From Clostridia bacterium (lineage in GTDB: Bacteria > Bacillota > Clostridia > Christensenellales > UBA1242): a stretch of DNA of 64,000 bases. The stretch lies in contig JAZRRE010000002.1 in NCBI GenBank assembly GCA_045650505.1, forward strand, positions 5,983 to 69,982, read 5' to 3'. Of the stretch, positions 47,781-57,397 are shown in pieces. The position numbers and the translations under genes were made by a program. The notes beneath the pieces were generated by a model. That model searched no databases. It was given only the letters and a program-made list of their open reading frames with translations, and was not told the origin of the DNA. Numbering within the stretch: position 1 is the stretch's first letter; every line of letters starts with the position of its first letter.

Positions 47781-49538
47781 ATGGATAATAAAAAATTTAA
47801 TATCTTTGCACTTATTATGATTGTTGTTATGGCTGTGTTTTCAATATACACAGGTATTGGCAAATCAAAGGCAAAAGATGGCAGAGATGGACTTTCTGCT
47901 TATGAACTTTCGGTTAAAAATGGAGAATTTTCGGGAAGTGAATATGAGTATTTAAAAAGTTTACACGGTCAAAATGGGTCAAGTGTGACTATTGAAGATG
48001 TTTATCAAGCATATTTAGATGAGAATAATTTAACTTCAACAGATATGACACTTTCAGAGTTTATAGAAAAAATTTATCCTGATAATATTTTAGATGTTGA
48101 TGAAACAGCAACAGCGGTTGAACTTGCAACAGCTTCAGCACTTCGTTCAACAGTTGATATTTGTTATTCATTTTGTTTAGATAAGCCGATTCTTTATGTT
48201 ACTGAAGCGGTTTTAAGTGGAGGCGGAGAGGTTTATCAAATTGTCACAAATCAAAACTATTATAACAGATATGCTTCTATTGGCGTGTCAGCAGGTTCTG
48301 GTGTAATTTATAAAATTGAAGGAACTGAAACTCCTGATGAGTCAGATGATGTTGCCTATATAATCACAAATTATCACGTGGTTTATGCATCAAATTATGT
48401 TAGCAATGAAGATAATTACAGAGTTTATAACAAGCTTACAACAGATTATTTTGGAAATATTTTAAGTGAAACAATGTTTACTGCAACTTATGATGATGCT
48501 GATGTTAAAACAACGGGAAATGTTAAATATATTGAGAAGGTTGATGCAGTTGAAGCACCAATTGAAACACACTTTTTAGATAGTTATGGAATTTATCTTT
48601 ATGGTTATCAATCAAGTGAGTATGAACTTTCAGCATCATTTGTTGGCGGAAGTGCTGACAATGATATTGCAATTTTAAAAGTTGAAAGAAGTAAGTCTGC
48701 AAACAATGCAAGATTATTTGATGGAAATTATAAAGCTGTTGACCTTGGTGATAGCAAAACTCTTGATGAAGGTGAAACTGTTATTGCTGTGGGAAATCCA
48801 CTTTTGGTTGATACCTCAAATGTTAACGATAGAGGCAGTGCTGAAACTTATGTTAATAGTCTAAAAAATTCTTATGTTGATGCACTTTGTTTGACAGCTA
48901 CATCTGGTGATGTTAGTGCAATTTCGGAATATACAAAGTTTCAATCACTTTTAGATTCAACAAAAGCTGTGGATATGCGATTAATTCGTGTTTCATCTGC
49001 AATTAATGCGGGAAATTCTGGCGGCGGACTTTATGATGTTGGAGGAAGACTTGTTGGTATTGTTAATGGAAAAATTGTTAGTGAAGAGTATGATAATGTA
49101 GGTTTTGCAATTCCAATTAATATTGCTTCAAGGCTTGCAGATAGAATTATTTCAGAGTGTGATGGCACACTTACAAGAATTTCTGCACTTCAAGCAACAA
49201 CTTCAAGTTTAGGTTTCACGGTTAAAGATGGAAACAGTGAATATCAATATGATTCAAACAGTGGTTCGTGGATTAGAAAGAGAAATGTTGTTGTAAAAGA
49301 ATCATCTGCAAATGTTATTTCAATGGGTTTAGAATCTGGAAAAATTATTTCGGCAATTTCATTTAATGATGAGCAAACAAAATATGAATTATCAGAATTT
49401 TATGATTTGAATGACATTCTTTTAATGGCAAGAAAAACAGAAACAACAAAAATTGTTCTTCACATTCTTGAAACTGACAAATCAACATCACAAATAACAA
49501 TTACTATTAATGACTCAATGTTTAAAGAATTAATTTAA
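47781..49538 (+). CDS. Membrane-anchored trypsin-like (S1C/HtrA-type) serine protease
   Basis: N-terminal TM. Catalytic triad contexts ITNYHVV, DNDIAILKV, GNSGGGL. ATG 47781 has better RBS spacing than 47775. Confidence 0.8.
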   Translation: MDNKKFNIFALIMIVVMAVFSIYTGIGKSKAKDGRDGLSAYELSVKNGEFSGSEYEYLKSLHGQNGSSVTIEDVYQAYLDENNLTSTDMTLSEFIEKIYPDNILDVDETATAVELATASALRSTVDICYSFCLDKPILYVTEAVLSGGGEVYQIVTNQNYYNRYASIGVSAGSGVIYKIEGTETPDESDDVAYIITNYHVVYASNYVSNEDNYRVYNKLTTDYFGNILSETMFTATYDDADVKTTGNVKYIEKVDAVEAPIETHFLDSYGIYLYGYQSSEYELSASFVGGSADNDIAILKVERSKSANNARLFDGNYKAVDLGDSKTLDEGETVIAVGNPLLVDTSNVNDRGSAETYVNSLKNSYVDALCLTATSGDVSAISEYTKFQSLLDSTKAVDMRLIRVSSAINAGNSGGGLYDVGGRLVGIVNGKIVSEEYDNVGFAIPINIASRLADRIISECDGTLTRISALQATTSSLGFTVKDGNSEYQYDSNSGSWIRKRNVVVKESSANVISMGLESGKIISAISFNDEQTKYELSEFYDLNDILLMARKTETTKIVLHILETDKSTSQITITINDSMFKELI

Positions 49539-49542
49539 AGGC

Positions 49543-49575
49543 AAAAAAAGATGGCAAAACAGCCATCTTTTTTTG
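49543..49575 (+). terminator. Intrinsic terminator after the protease gene
   Basis: agatggc/gccatct hairpin followed by T8. Confidence 0.75.
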
Positions 49576-49692
49576 TGTGATAAAAATCTTTAAAAAAATA
49601 TAAAATAGATTAAAATCTGTATTTATGCGCTTAAAATCGCAGAAGTTAAAACAATTTTTAGTGATATTATTTTTATATGAGGAGGATAGGTT

Positions 49693-50007
49693 ATGGAAAT
49701 CAAATATACGGGTGACAACGATTGCATTTATGCTGAACTTTCGGGAGAACTTGATGAGTGTTCTGCAGAGTATGTGAGAATTTCTTTAGATGATTTATTG
49801 AAAAATGAAACATTTTCAAAATCAAAATTAGTGCTTGATTTTTCCAAAGTATCATTTATGGATAGCACGGGTATTGGAATGCTGCTTGGTCGTTACAATA
49901 AATTTTCGAAACAAGATATAAGTATATATATTAAAAATCCAACTTCTTATGTTAATAGAATTTTTGAGATGACAGGAATATATCAAATTATTCCAAAAGT
50001 ATGTTAA
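49693..50007 (+). CDS. spoIIAA: Anti-sigma F factor antagonist SpoIIAA (STAS)
   Basis: 104-aa STAS domain with FMDSTGIG (phosphorylatable Ser context). First gene of a spoIIAA-AB-sigF triad. Confidence 0.88.
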   Translation: MEIKYTGDNDCIYAELSGELDECSAEYVRISLDDLLKNETFSKSKLVLDFSKVSFMDSTGIGMLLGRYNKFSKQDISIYIKNPTSYVNRIFEMTGIYQIIPKVC

Positions 50008-50016
50008 GGAGGTTAT

Positions 50017-50454
50017 ATGGCATTTGATAATTATTTTAAACTTGAATTTGATGCAAAAAAAGTTAATGAAAGTTTTGCAAGAAACACAGTTGCAATTTTT
50101 TGCAGTGAACTAAAACCAACACTTTCAGAAATTAATGACATAAAAACAGCGGTCAGTGAAGCGGTTACAAATTCAATTGTTCATGGCTATGAAGACAAAG
50201 GAGGAAAAATTGTTCTTGAAGTGGGGATTGAAAACAATGTTGTTGATATTAAAGTAATTGATAATGGTATTGGAATTACTGATATTGACATGGCAATTCA
50301 GCCATTCTTTACAACTAAAACCGAAGAAGAACATTCGGGAATGGGTTTTACTTTAATGGATTCTTTTATGAATTTTTTAGAAGTAAAATCAAACACCTCA
50401 TCAGAAAAAGGTTCAGGTCTTGTTGTTCATATGCAGAAGGTGATTAAGGGTTAA
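50017..50454 (+). CDS. spoIIAB: Anti-sigma F factor / serine kinase SpoIIAB
   Basis: GHKL ATPase boxes EAVTNSIVHGY, DNGIGI, GMGFT; 145 aa. Confidence 0.9.
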   Translation: MAFDNYFKLEFDAKKVNESFARNTVAIFCSELKPTLSEINDIKTAVSEAVTNSIVHGYEDKGGKIVLEVGIENNVVDIKVIDNGIGITDIDMAIQPFFTTKTEEEHSGMGFTLMDSFMNFLEVKSNTSSEKGSGLVVHMQKVIKG

Positions 50455-51197
50455 TGGAATGTTATAAACCAATTGATTCGGCTCAAACAAATGAACTTAT
50501 AAAAAAGGCAAAAAATGGTGATAATGAAGCAACTGAAACATTGATTAGTGGAAATTTTCCATTAATTAAAGCAATCGTTAAAGGATATCTAAATAAAGGT
50601 GTTGAATACGATGATTTATATCAAATTGGTTGTGTTGGCTTTTTGAAAGCAATCAAAAACTTTGATAATAAGTTTGATGTAAAATTTTCAACTTATGCGG
50701 TTCCAATGATTTCGGGTGAAATAAAAAGATTTCTTCGTGATGATGGTGCTGTTAAAGTTTCAAGGTCAATCAAAACTCTTGCAATAAAACTTAAATCTTA
50801 TATTGATAAAAAAAGAAATGCACTTGAAGAAGTTCCCACAATTGATGAACTTGCAGAGATGTTTGAAGTTGAAAAAGAAGATGTTATTATTGCATTAGAT
50901 TCGTGTCAACAAACCATTTCATTAAATGCAAAAATTGATGAAGATGACCCAAATAGTCAAAATGTGATAGATAAGTTTGTTTGTGAAGATAAAAATGAAG
51001 AAATACTAGATAAATTCATACTAAAGAACGAAATTAATAATCTTCCAGAGAAAGAAAAGAAGATTATATTACTTCGTTATTACAGGGGCAAAACACAGGG
51101 AGAAGTTGCTGAACTTTTAAATGTTTCACAGGTTCAAGTTTCAAGAATGGAATCAAAAATAATAGAACAATTAAAAAAGAAAATGATTGAAAAATGA
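50454..51197 (+). CDS. sigF: RNA polymerase sporulation sigma factor SigF
   Basis: Sigma-70 regions 2-4 (DLYQIGCVGFLKAIKNFD, GKTQGEVAELLNVSQVQVSRME). Translationally coupled to spoIIAB. Confidence 0.88.
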   Translation: MECYKPIDSAQTNELIKKAKNGDNEATETLISGNFPLIKAIVKGYLNKGVEYDDLYQIGCVGFLKAIKNFDNKFDVKFSTYAVPMISGEIKRFLRDDGAVKVSRSIKTLAIKLKSYIDKKRNALEEVPTIDELAEMFEVEKEDVIIALDSCQQTISLNAKIDEDDPNSQNVIDKFVCEDKNEEILDKFILKNEINNLPEKEKKIILLRYYRGKTQGEVAELLNVSQVQVSRMESKIIEQLKKKMIEK

Positions 51198-51378
51198 GAA
51201 AGCAAATTTTGCTTTCTTTTTTGTAATATTTAATAAAATTAATGCGTATCTTATATTATAGAAACACTTACAAAAAAGTTGACATATTTCGACAAAGATA
51301 GACAAAAAATTTCGAAAAGTGTGGTGTATTATTTTTGTGATTAAAGATTGAATTTATTAAAATATAGAGGTAATTTGT

Positions 51379-52143
51379 ATGAAGATATTGTGTGCAAAAA
51401 TGAAATCAATCACAGGTGTGTTTATATGTGGATTGGTTGCCATTTTGTTGGCTTCATTAGTTGTGATAACAAATACAGGAAGCATATATTTTGGATATGC
51501 AAAAAGGCTAGTTCCAATTTATAGTGTTGAAACAAACGAAAAGAAGGTTGCATTAACTTTTGATGCTGCGTGGGGTTCAGATAAAACAGAAAAAATTATA
51601 AAAACACTATCAGATGCCGGCGTTGGTGCAACATTTTTTCTTGTGGGATTTTGGACAGAACAAAATGCAGATAAAGTTAAACTTATTGATAGTGCGGGGT
51701 TTGATATAGGAACTCATTCAAACACACACCCTAAAATGAGCAGTCTTTCTGATTTTCAAATGAATAATGAACTTAAAACTTCAATGGACCTGATTACAAA
51801 AATAACGGGAAAGCCTGTTAGATTTTTCAGACCGCCTTTTGGAGATTATAACGATAAACTAATTGAGGTTGCTGGAAATCTAAAACTCAAAACAATTCAG
51901 TGGGATGTTGATAGTTTAGATTGGAAAGGTTTGTCAGCGAATGAAATACTTTCAAGAGTTAAGCAAAACGTTAAAAATGGTTCAATAATTTTGTTTCACA
52001 ACAATTCTGACCACATTTTGGAAGCATTGCCTTTAGTTATTAATTATTTAAAGAGTAATAATTTTAATATGGTGAAAATATCAGAACTTGTATATGAAGA
52101 GAACTATCATATCGATAATAATGGATTACAAAAATTAAAATAA
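51379..52143 (+). CDS. Polysaccharide deacetylase (NodB domain; PdaA-like candidate)
   Basis: N-terminal TM, then LTFDAAWGSD, ATFFLVGFW, GTHSNTHP, FRPPFGDYN. Confidence 0.8.
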   Translation: MKILCAKMKSITGVFICGLVAILLASLVVITNTGSIYFGYAKRLVPIYSVETNEKKVALTFDAAWGSDKTEKIIKTLSDAGVGATFFLVGFWTEQNADKVKLIDSAGFDIGTHSNTHPKMSSLSDFQMNNELKTSMDLITKITGKPVRFFRPPFGDYNDKLIEVAGNLKLKTIQWDVDSLDWKGLSANEILSRVKQNVKNGSIILFHNNSDHILEALPLVINYLKSNNFNMVKISELVYEENYHIDNNGLQKLK

Positions 52144-52159
52144 ACATAAGGAATTAGAA

Positions 52160-52861
52160 ATGAACAACTTATTATATGAAAATAATAACCATGTGTTATT
52201 AAAAGGCAAAATTAAAGAACTTCCAACTTATTCACATACTGTAATGGGAGAAGGATTTTTTGAAATGTTTGTGGAGGTTGAGAGACTTTCAGAAGAAGTT
52301 GATGTTCTTCCGGTAACAATCTCTGAAAGATTGATTGAGAATTTTAAAATTGGAGATGAAATTGGCATATCTGGTCAATTTAGAAGTTATAACAAACTTG
52401 AAGATGGTAGAAGCAAATTGATGCTTACAATTTTTGTTAAAGAACTAGTAAATCCAAAAGATATGAGTGAAATAAATCAAATTTATTTAATTGGGTATAT
52501 TTGCAAAGAACCGATTTATAGAACAACTCCATTTGGCAGAGAAATATGTGATATGCTTCTTGCTGTTAACAGGGCATATAATAAGAGCGATTATTTGCCT
52601 TGTATTTCTTGGGGAAGAAATGCAAGATTTGTTCGAGATTTAGATGTTGGAGAAAAACTTGAAGTACAGGGAAGAATTCAAAGCAGAAAATATCAAAAAC
52701 ATAAAGATGATGGAACTGTTGAAAGTAAAGAGGCTTATGAAATTTCACTTTCAAGTGTTGTGCTTGCTCATGAACAGAATTATTCAACTTTAAATGAGTT
52801 TGAAATGAAAGAGGATATGGAAGCTAGACTTGCAGGAAAAACTGCAGAAAATCTAATTTAA
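52160..52861 (+). CDS. Tandem OB-fold single-stranded DNA-binding-like protein
   Basis: Two SSB-like OB repeats. The second is IYLIGYICKEPIYRTTPFGREICDMLLAVNR...CISWGRNARFV...LEVQGRIQSRKY. There is no acidic DDD-IPF tip. Confidence 0.65.
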   Translation: MNNLLYENNNHVLLKGKIKELPTYSHTVMGEGFFEMFVEVERLSEEVDVLPVTISERLIENFKIGDEIGISGQFRSYNKLEDGRSKLMLTIFVKELVNPKDMSEINQIYLIGYICKEPIYRTTPFGREICDMLLAVNRAYNKSDYLPCISWGRNARFVRDLDVGEKLEVQGRIQSRKYQKHKDDGTVESKEAYEISLSSVVLAHEQNYSTLNEFEMKEDMEARLAGKTAENLI

Positions 52862-52910
52862 AATAAAAAAACTATGCGGTTTTTGGCAAATTAGAAGAAA
52901 TTTTGCATAA

Positions 52911-52950
52911 AAACAAAACACTTTATCAAATTTGATAAAGTGTTTTTTAG
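52911..52950. terminator. Bidirectional terminator
   Basis: 14-bp palindromic hairpin aacactttatcaaa/tttgataaagtgtt flanked by an A-run and a T-run. Confidence 0.75.
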
Positions 52951-52953
52951 TGA

Positions 52954-54018
52954 TTAGTTTTCAGTTTTTTTCTTTCTTTTGAAGTGTTTAAACAATCCAA
53001 ATATTAAAAGAAATGTTGCAGTTGCAAATAAACATAAGAATATAATAAGATGAATATTTGGTTCAAATGTTTCGCTTGTTATCCATTTTGTAAAATTCGC
53101 ATTAAAGATATTGATGTCGTTTAGTTTTTGTCCAAGTAATTTATTTGTAACTTTAATAAATGGAATAATTAAATAAATTAAATTGATAAAATATAATATC
53201 AAACTTGACCTTATTAGTTTATTAAATTTTAAAAATTTAACGCACATTAATAGGTTTAAAAATAAGAAGCAACATAGTGCAATAGGAAGTGCAAGTGAAA
53301 GATACCAATGAGTTGGAGTATATTTATTAATTACGCAGAATAAATCAATTGTAATTAAGAGAATATTAAGCATAACAAAATCAATGGCAATTGAAACAAA
53401 ATCTTTATATTTTTTAATCTTTTCAAAAGCTTTATATTTCGATATATAAATTGGAACAAAAATAATAAATAGTCCAAACAAAATAGAAACAGCAGGAATG
53501 GCAAACCAATTGCCTTTTGTATAAATTGAGCAGACTCCTAAAAGAACAATAAGTGCGGCATACATTGATGCGGGTAATATTATAAGTTTATGTTTTTTTA
53601 TAAGTTTAGGTAGATTTGTGAAAGTAAATGCAAGTACAAGTGAAAACAAAACAATCCAAAACCATGAAAGAGTTTTGTTTATTACAAGGTTGCAAATAAA
53701 GCAAGGAATAAGTGCAACTATATATGAGATGATAAAAAACAAATCCCAAGATTTTGAAAAAATCCTCCATTTTCTTGCTTCAGCTTTTTCTTCTCTTGCC
53801 TTAACATCGGTGCTTGCCGTGATTAGTTCATGTTCAGTTACTTCTAAAATTTCAGCAAGTTTAGATATCAGTATAATGTCTGGATGGGCAACATCTTTTT
53901 CCCATTTGCTAATTGCTGACTCCGAAACATAAAGTTGTTTTGCAAGTTCTTTTTGGGTTAAGTTTTTTTCTTGTCGTTTTTGTTTTAAATATTCACCAAA
54001 AGAATTTTTTGCGTTCAT
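52954..54018 (-). CDS. XRE-family HTH fused to a polytopic membrane domain
   Basis: N-terminal LTQKELAKQLYVSESAISKWE HTH_3 motif, followed by ~8 predicted TM helices. Confidence 0.75.
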   Translation of the reverse strand: MNAKNSFGEYLKQKRQEKNLTQKELAKQLYVSESAISKWEKDVAHPDIILISKLAEILEVTEHELITASTDVKAREEKAEARKWRIFSKSWDLFFIISYIVALIPCFICNLVINKTLSWFWIVLFSLVLAFTFTNLPKLIKKHKLIILPASMYAALIVLLGVCSIYTKGNWFAIPAVSILFGLFIIFVPIYISKYKAFEKIKKYKDFVSIAIDFVMLNILLITIDLFCVINKYTPTHWYLSLALPIALCCFLFLNLLMCVKFLKFNKLIRSSLILYFINLIYLIIPFIKVTNKLLGQKLNDINIFNANFTKWITSETFEPNIHLIIFLCLFATATFLLIFGLFKHFKRKKKTEN

Positions 54019-54188
54019 AAGTTTTTCTCCTTACATCATCTTGATTATATCACTAAATGAATTAGACTGTATCATATTTTAAAAAAATTTCAACTTGAAA
54101 ATTATTCAAGTGGTAATTTTATCAAGGTTTATAGAATATATTTTATAAAAATAAAAAAAATAAGATAAAACTATCTTATTTTTTTGTT

Positions 54189-55325
54189 TTATATTTCATC
54201 ATACACTCTTTTTAAATCAGTTAAAATTAAGAAGTTTTCTTTATTATTTCCTTTAATCATAAATGATTTGTTGTTATTGAGTTTTATTTCAAGAGTATTT
54301 CCATTATGATAGATTGTTTCTTTAATGTCTTTAATTTTATAGGTTTTTGTTCCATCTAAAAAGTTGATTTTAAAATGATTGCAGAAAACTTCGAGTGATG
54401 CAAGATTCATAACTTCTTTATCTTGATTTTCAAGTTTATGAAGTACTTCAATATTAGCATATTTAACCATTAGTTTTTTATCGTCAAAGAATTGATTTTT
54501 CAAAACATCATATTGAAATTCGGCGAAACTATCAAAGTCTGTAATATTGCTTGAAAGCAAGAAATTTCCGTTTGTTGAACATTCAACAGCCGTTCCACAA
54601 TTTTTACACTTAACGCAGTTAAATTCTGAATAAATAGAAAACAAATTTTTGCAATTAGGGCAGGCATAAAAAATTGATTCAAGCCCTTCAGCCTTTGCAT
54701 TTGAGTAAATATATGGATTATATTTATGTGAATAAATTGTTGCAGATGAAGGCATATAGTTGTTGAATGCTTCGCAAATTTCTTCACTTGTCAAACCATC
54801 TCTGCTGGTGTATTTAAAAGTGAATTGGTTGTGGAATCTTGTTTCACAGCGTCTTATTTGTTTAGACCAAATTGGTGCGGCAAAATATGTTCCAACTAAA
54901 CTCAAAAATTTTATATTATACTTTGTTTCATGCAAAAATTGTGTTACAGATTCACTAACTTTGTCTGTTTTTCCATAAATGGTAATATTTTTTTCAGGAA
55001 AGACAACAACGGAAATTAAAGCCTCTTTAAGTCTTGCAAAAGAACTTAAAATCTGCTTTCTTTCTTCACTTGAAAGTGTGCCATCATAAAGTTTTTGAAT
55101 GACAGAATCTTTCAAAAACACAAAGTGTCCTTTTAGTGTGTTGCTGATTAAAGTTCTGTCAAAAAGGGTGGTTTTATTGCATACAAACAAAAATGGGTGC
55201 ATAATGTTAATTTTATTTTTTATGTAATTAAATTTATGCGCTGTGATTTTTGATTTTAAAAAACCATCTGGAAATTCGAAGTAGTCTTCGTTAATGAACA
55301 TTTTTATGTATTTGTTTTTTCTCAT
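54189..55325 (-). CDS. PlsC/LPLAT-like acyltransferase homolog with degenerate HX4D and internal Cys4 zinc ribbon
   Basis: FLFVCNKTTLFD occupies the NHxSxxD position (His replaced by Lys) and VVFPEKN the FPEGT position. CPNC...CVKCKNC zinc ribbon. 378 aa. Confidence 0.55.
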   Translation of the reverse strand: MRKNKYIKMFINEDYFEFPDGFLKSKITAHKFNYIKNKINIMHPFLFVCNKTTLFDRTLISNTLKGHFVFLKDSVIQKLYDGTLSSEERKQILSSFARLKEALISVVVFPEKNITIYGKTDKVSESVTQFLHETKYNIKFLSLVGTYFAAPIWSKQIRRCETRFHNQFTFKYTSRDGLTSEEICEAFNNYMPSSATIYSHKYNPYIYSNAKAEGLESIFYACPNCKNLFSIYSEFNCVKCKNCGTAVECSTNGNFLLSSNITDFDSFAEFQYDVLKNQFFDDKKLMVKYANIEVLHKLENQDKEVMNLASLEVFCNHFKINFLDGTKTYKIKDIKETIYHNGNTLEIKLNNNKSFMIKGNNKENFLILTDLKRVYDEI

Positions 55326-55331
55326 AATCTT

Positions 55332-55359
55332 ATTATATACAAAATTTGGCTAATATCAA
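55332..55359 (-). promoter_or_regulatory. SigA-type promoter placing the TSS at the acyltransferase-like start codon (leaderless)
   Basis: On the minus strand: TTGATA (55354-55359), 16 nt, TATAAT (55332-55337), 6 nt, ATG (55325). No SD sequence. Confidence 0.5.
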
Positions 55360-55426
55360 ACAAAATATTTTGCAAGTTGAAATAAATTGTAGTATAATGT
55401 AGCCATTAATTGACTAGGAGATTAAA

Positions 55427-56614
55427 ATGGACTTATTTCAAAAATGTAAAGACTATACAATTGTTGAAGAAGTAAAAAAAGCAGGAATTTATCCTTACTT
55501 TCATACTCTCGAATCAAAGCAAGACACCGTCGTTAATATGGAAGGTGGCAGAAAAATTATGATTGGTTCAAACAACTATCAAGGTCTTACAAGTGACCCT
55601 AGAGTTATTGCTGCCGCAGTTAAAGCAACAGAAGAATTTGGAACAGGTTGTTCTGGCTCAAGATTCTTAAATGGAACAACATCTCTTCACCTTGAACTTG
55701 AAAAAGAACTTGCAGAATTTTTGGGTAAAGAAGATTGCGTTACAGTTAGCACAGGATTCCAAACTAATCTCGCAGTTATCTCTGCAATAGCAGGAAGAAA
55801 AGATTACATTTTCTGTGATAAAGAAAACCACGCAAGCATTTATGATGGTTGCAAACTTTCTTATGCAAAAATGGTTAGATTTAATCACTTAGATTATGAT
55901 GAACTTGAAGAAAAACTTAAAGAAGTTCCAGAAGATGCAGGAATCTTAATCATCACTGATGGCATTTTTTCAATGACAGGTGACATTTGTGACCTTCCAA
56001 GGCTTGTTGAACTTAAAAAGAAATATGGTGCAAGACTTTTGGTTGATGACGCTCACTGCTTTGGTGTTCTTGGAAAAAACGGTGCAGGAACTGCTGAATA
56101 TTTTGATTTGGTTGATGAAGTTGACCTTATTTGTGGAACATTCTCAAAATCACTTGCAAGTCTTGGTGGATACTGTGCTTGCTCGCATGAGGTTGCAGAA
56201 TTCCTTCGTCACACTTCAAGACCATTCATTTTCAGTGCTTCAATCACTCCAGGTTGTTTGGCTGCAACACTTGAGGCGTTAAGAATTATTAAAGCTGAAC
56301 CAGAAAGAGTTGCAAACCTTACAGAAGTTGCAGAATATATGAGAAAATGTTTAAGAGAAAGAGGGGTTAAGTTTGCTGATAGCAAAGCACCAATTATTGC
56401 ACTTTTCACATATGAGCAAGAAACCACGCTTATGGTTTGTAAAAGACTTTTTGAAGAAGGTGTTTATGCAAACCCTGTTGTTCCTCCAGCAACACCTCCA
56501 GGTCAATGCTTGGTAAGAACAACATACACTGCAACACACACAAAAGAAGTTCTTGAAGAAGCTGCTGACATTATTGCAAAAGTCTTTGCAGAATTCGGTT
56601 TAATTGAAAAATAA
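55427..56614 (+). CDS. PLP-dependent alpha-oxoamine synthase, serine palmitoyltransferase-like
   Basis: GIYPYFHTLESKQDT, GSRFLNGT, STGFQTNLAVISAIAGRKDYIFCDKENHASIYDGC, PLP-Lys context GTFSKSLASLGG. These signatures resemble bacterial SPT more than KBL or BioF. Confidence 0.8.
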   Translation: MDLFQKCKDYTIVEEVKKAGIYPYFHTLESKQDTVVNMEGGRKIMIGSNNYQGLTSDPRVIAAAVKATEEFGTGCSGSRFLNGTTSLHLELEKELAEFLGKEDCVTVSTGFQTNLAVISAIAGRKDYIFCDKENHASIYDGCKLSYAKMVRFNHLDYDELEEKLKEVPEDAGILIITDGIFSMTGDICDLPRLVELKKKYGARLLVDDAHCFGVLGKNGAGTAEYFDLVDEVDLICGTFSKSLASLGGYCACSHEVAEFLRHTSRPFIFSASITPGCLAATLEALRIIKAEPERVANLTEVAEYMRKCLRERGVKFADSKAPIIALFTYEQETTLMVCKRLFEEGVYANPVVPPATPPGQCLVRTTYTATHTKEVLEEAADIIAKVFAEFGLIEK

Positions 56615-56714
56615 TTAAATAAAACAAAAACACTAACATTTGTTGGTGTTTTTTTTATTTTGATATTGAATTTTATAAATATTACATTTATAATAATTGT
56701 TGATAGAGGAAATT

Positions 56715-57377
56715 ATGGAAAAGAAAGTAAATAATATATATAATTTATCATGCAATTGGTATATGCCTGAGTTAGATGAAGAAAATTATTCGCTTCCAAT
56801 GTTTATATCGGGTGAATGGTCAGAGAATGAAGATGGAATGATTCATAATTCATTTTCAGGAAAATTTGTTTCATTTGAAGATAATACTTTGCTTGGCTAT
56901 GCAGTAGATGAAAAGAAATCTAAAATCAACCAATTAATCATTGGAACGATTATAGAAGGCAAAGGTGTTACATTCTGCAAAATTTACGATGATGATTTTA
57001 TTTCTAATCCAACATATTATCATGTGTTTGCAAATTCATTAGCAAATAATATGGGTTTAACAGATTCTTATTATGGTGAGTTCTTCTCAAGAGGCTTATT
57101 GCCAGATTTTAAAAGATTGGGTTTAACTTCAGTTCAAGCGAAAAAATTAACTCGCGATGAAGCAGAAATCAAACGAATTATTGAAGTTTATAATAAAATG
57201 TATGAACATATCAAAGGTAGTGAAATAATTGGTGGACTTGCTTTAGATGTTATTGAAGGTTTGAATCCAGAAGAAACAACAAAATTGATAAGTGATTTTG
57301 CTGATGAAATGTTACACGCAGATTTGCCGGTTGTGCTTCAACAAGAGATTTGCACAGCGCAACCAGGAAATCAATAA
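56715..57377 (+). CDS. Hypothetical protein, paralog 1 of a tandem pair
   Basis: 220 aa with RBS GAGGA. Shares N(I/V)YN(L/I)xC(N/D)W, GYAxD, EGxGxTxCKI, FAN and SYYGEF with the next ORF. Confidence 0.7.
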   Translation: MEKKVNNIYNLSCNWYMPELDEENYSLPMFISGEWSENEDGMIHNSFSGKFVSFEDNTLLGYAVDEKKSKINQLIIGTIIEGKGVTFCKIYDDDFISNPTYYHVFANSLANNMGLTDSYYGEFFSRGLLPDFKRLGLTSVQAKKLTRDEAEIKRIIEVYNKMYEHIKGSEIIGGLALDVIEGLNPEETTKLISDFADEMLHADLPVVLQQEICTAQPGNQ

Positions 57378-57397
57378 TAAATTTTGGAGATAATAAA

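Noticed and set aside
49576-49692. Assigning a SigH promoter upstream of spoIIAA, and SigF/SigG promoters upstream of the 51379 deacetylase
   Set aside because: The regions are very AT-rich. I could not find convincing matches to the respective -35/-10 consensus at correct spacing, so no promoter call was made.
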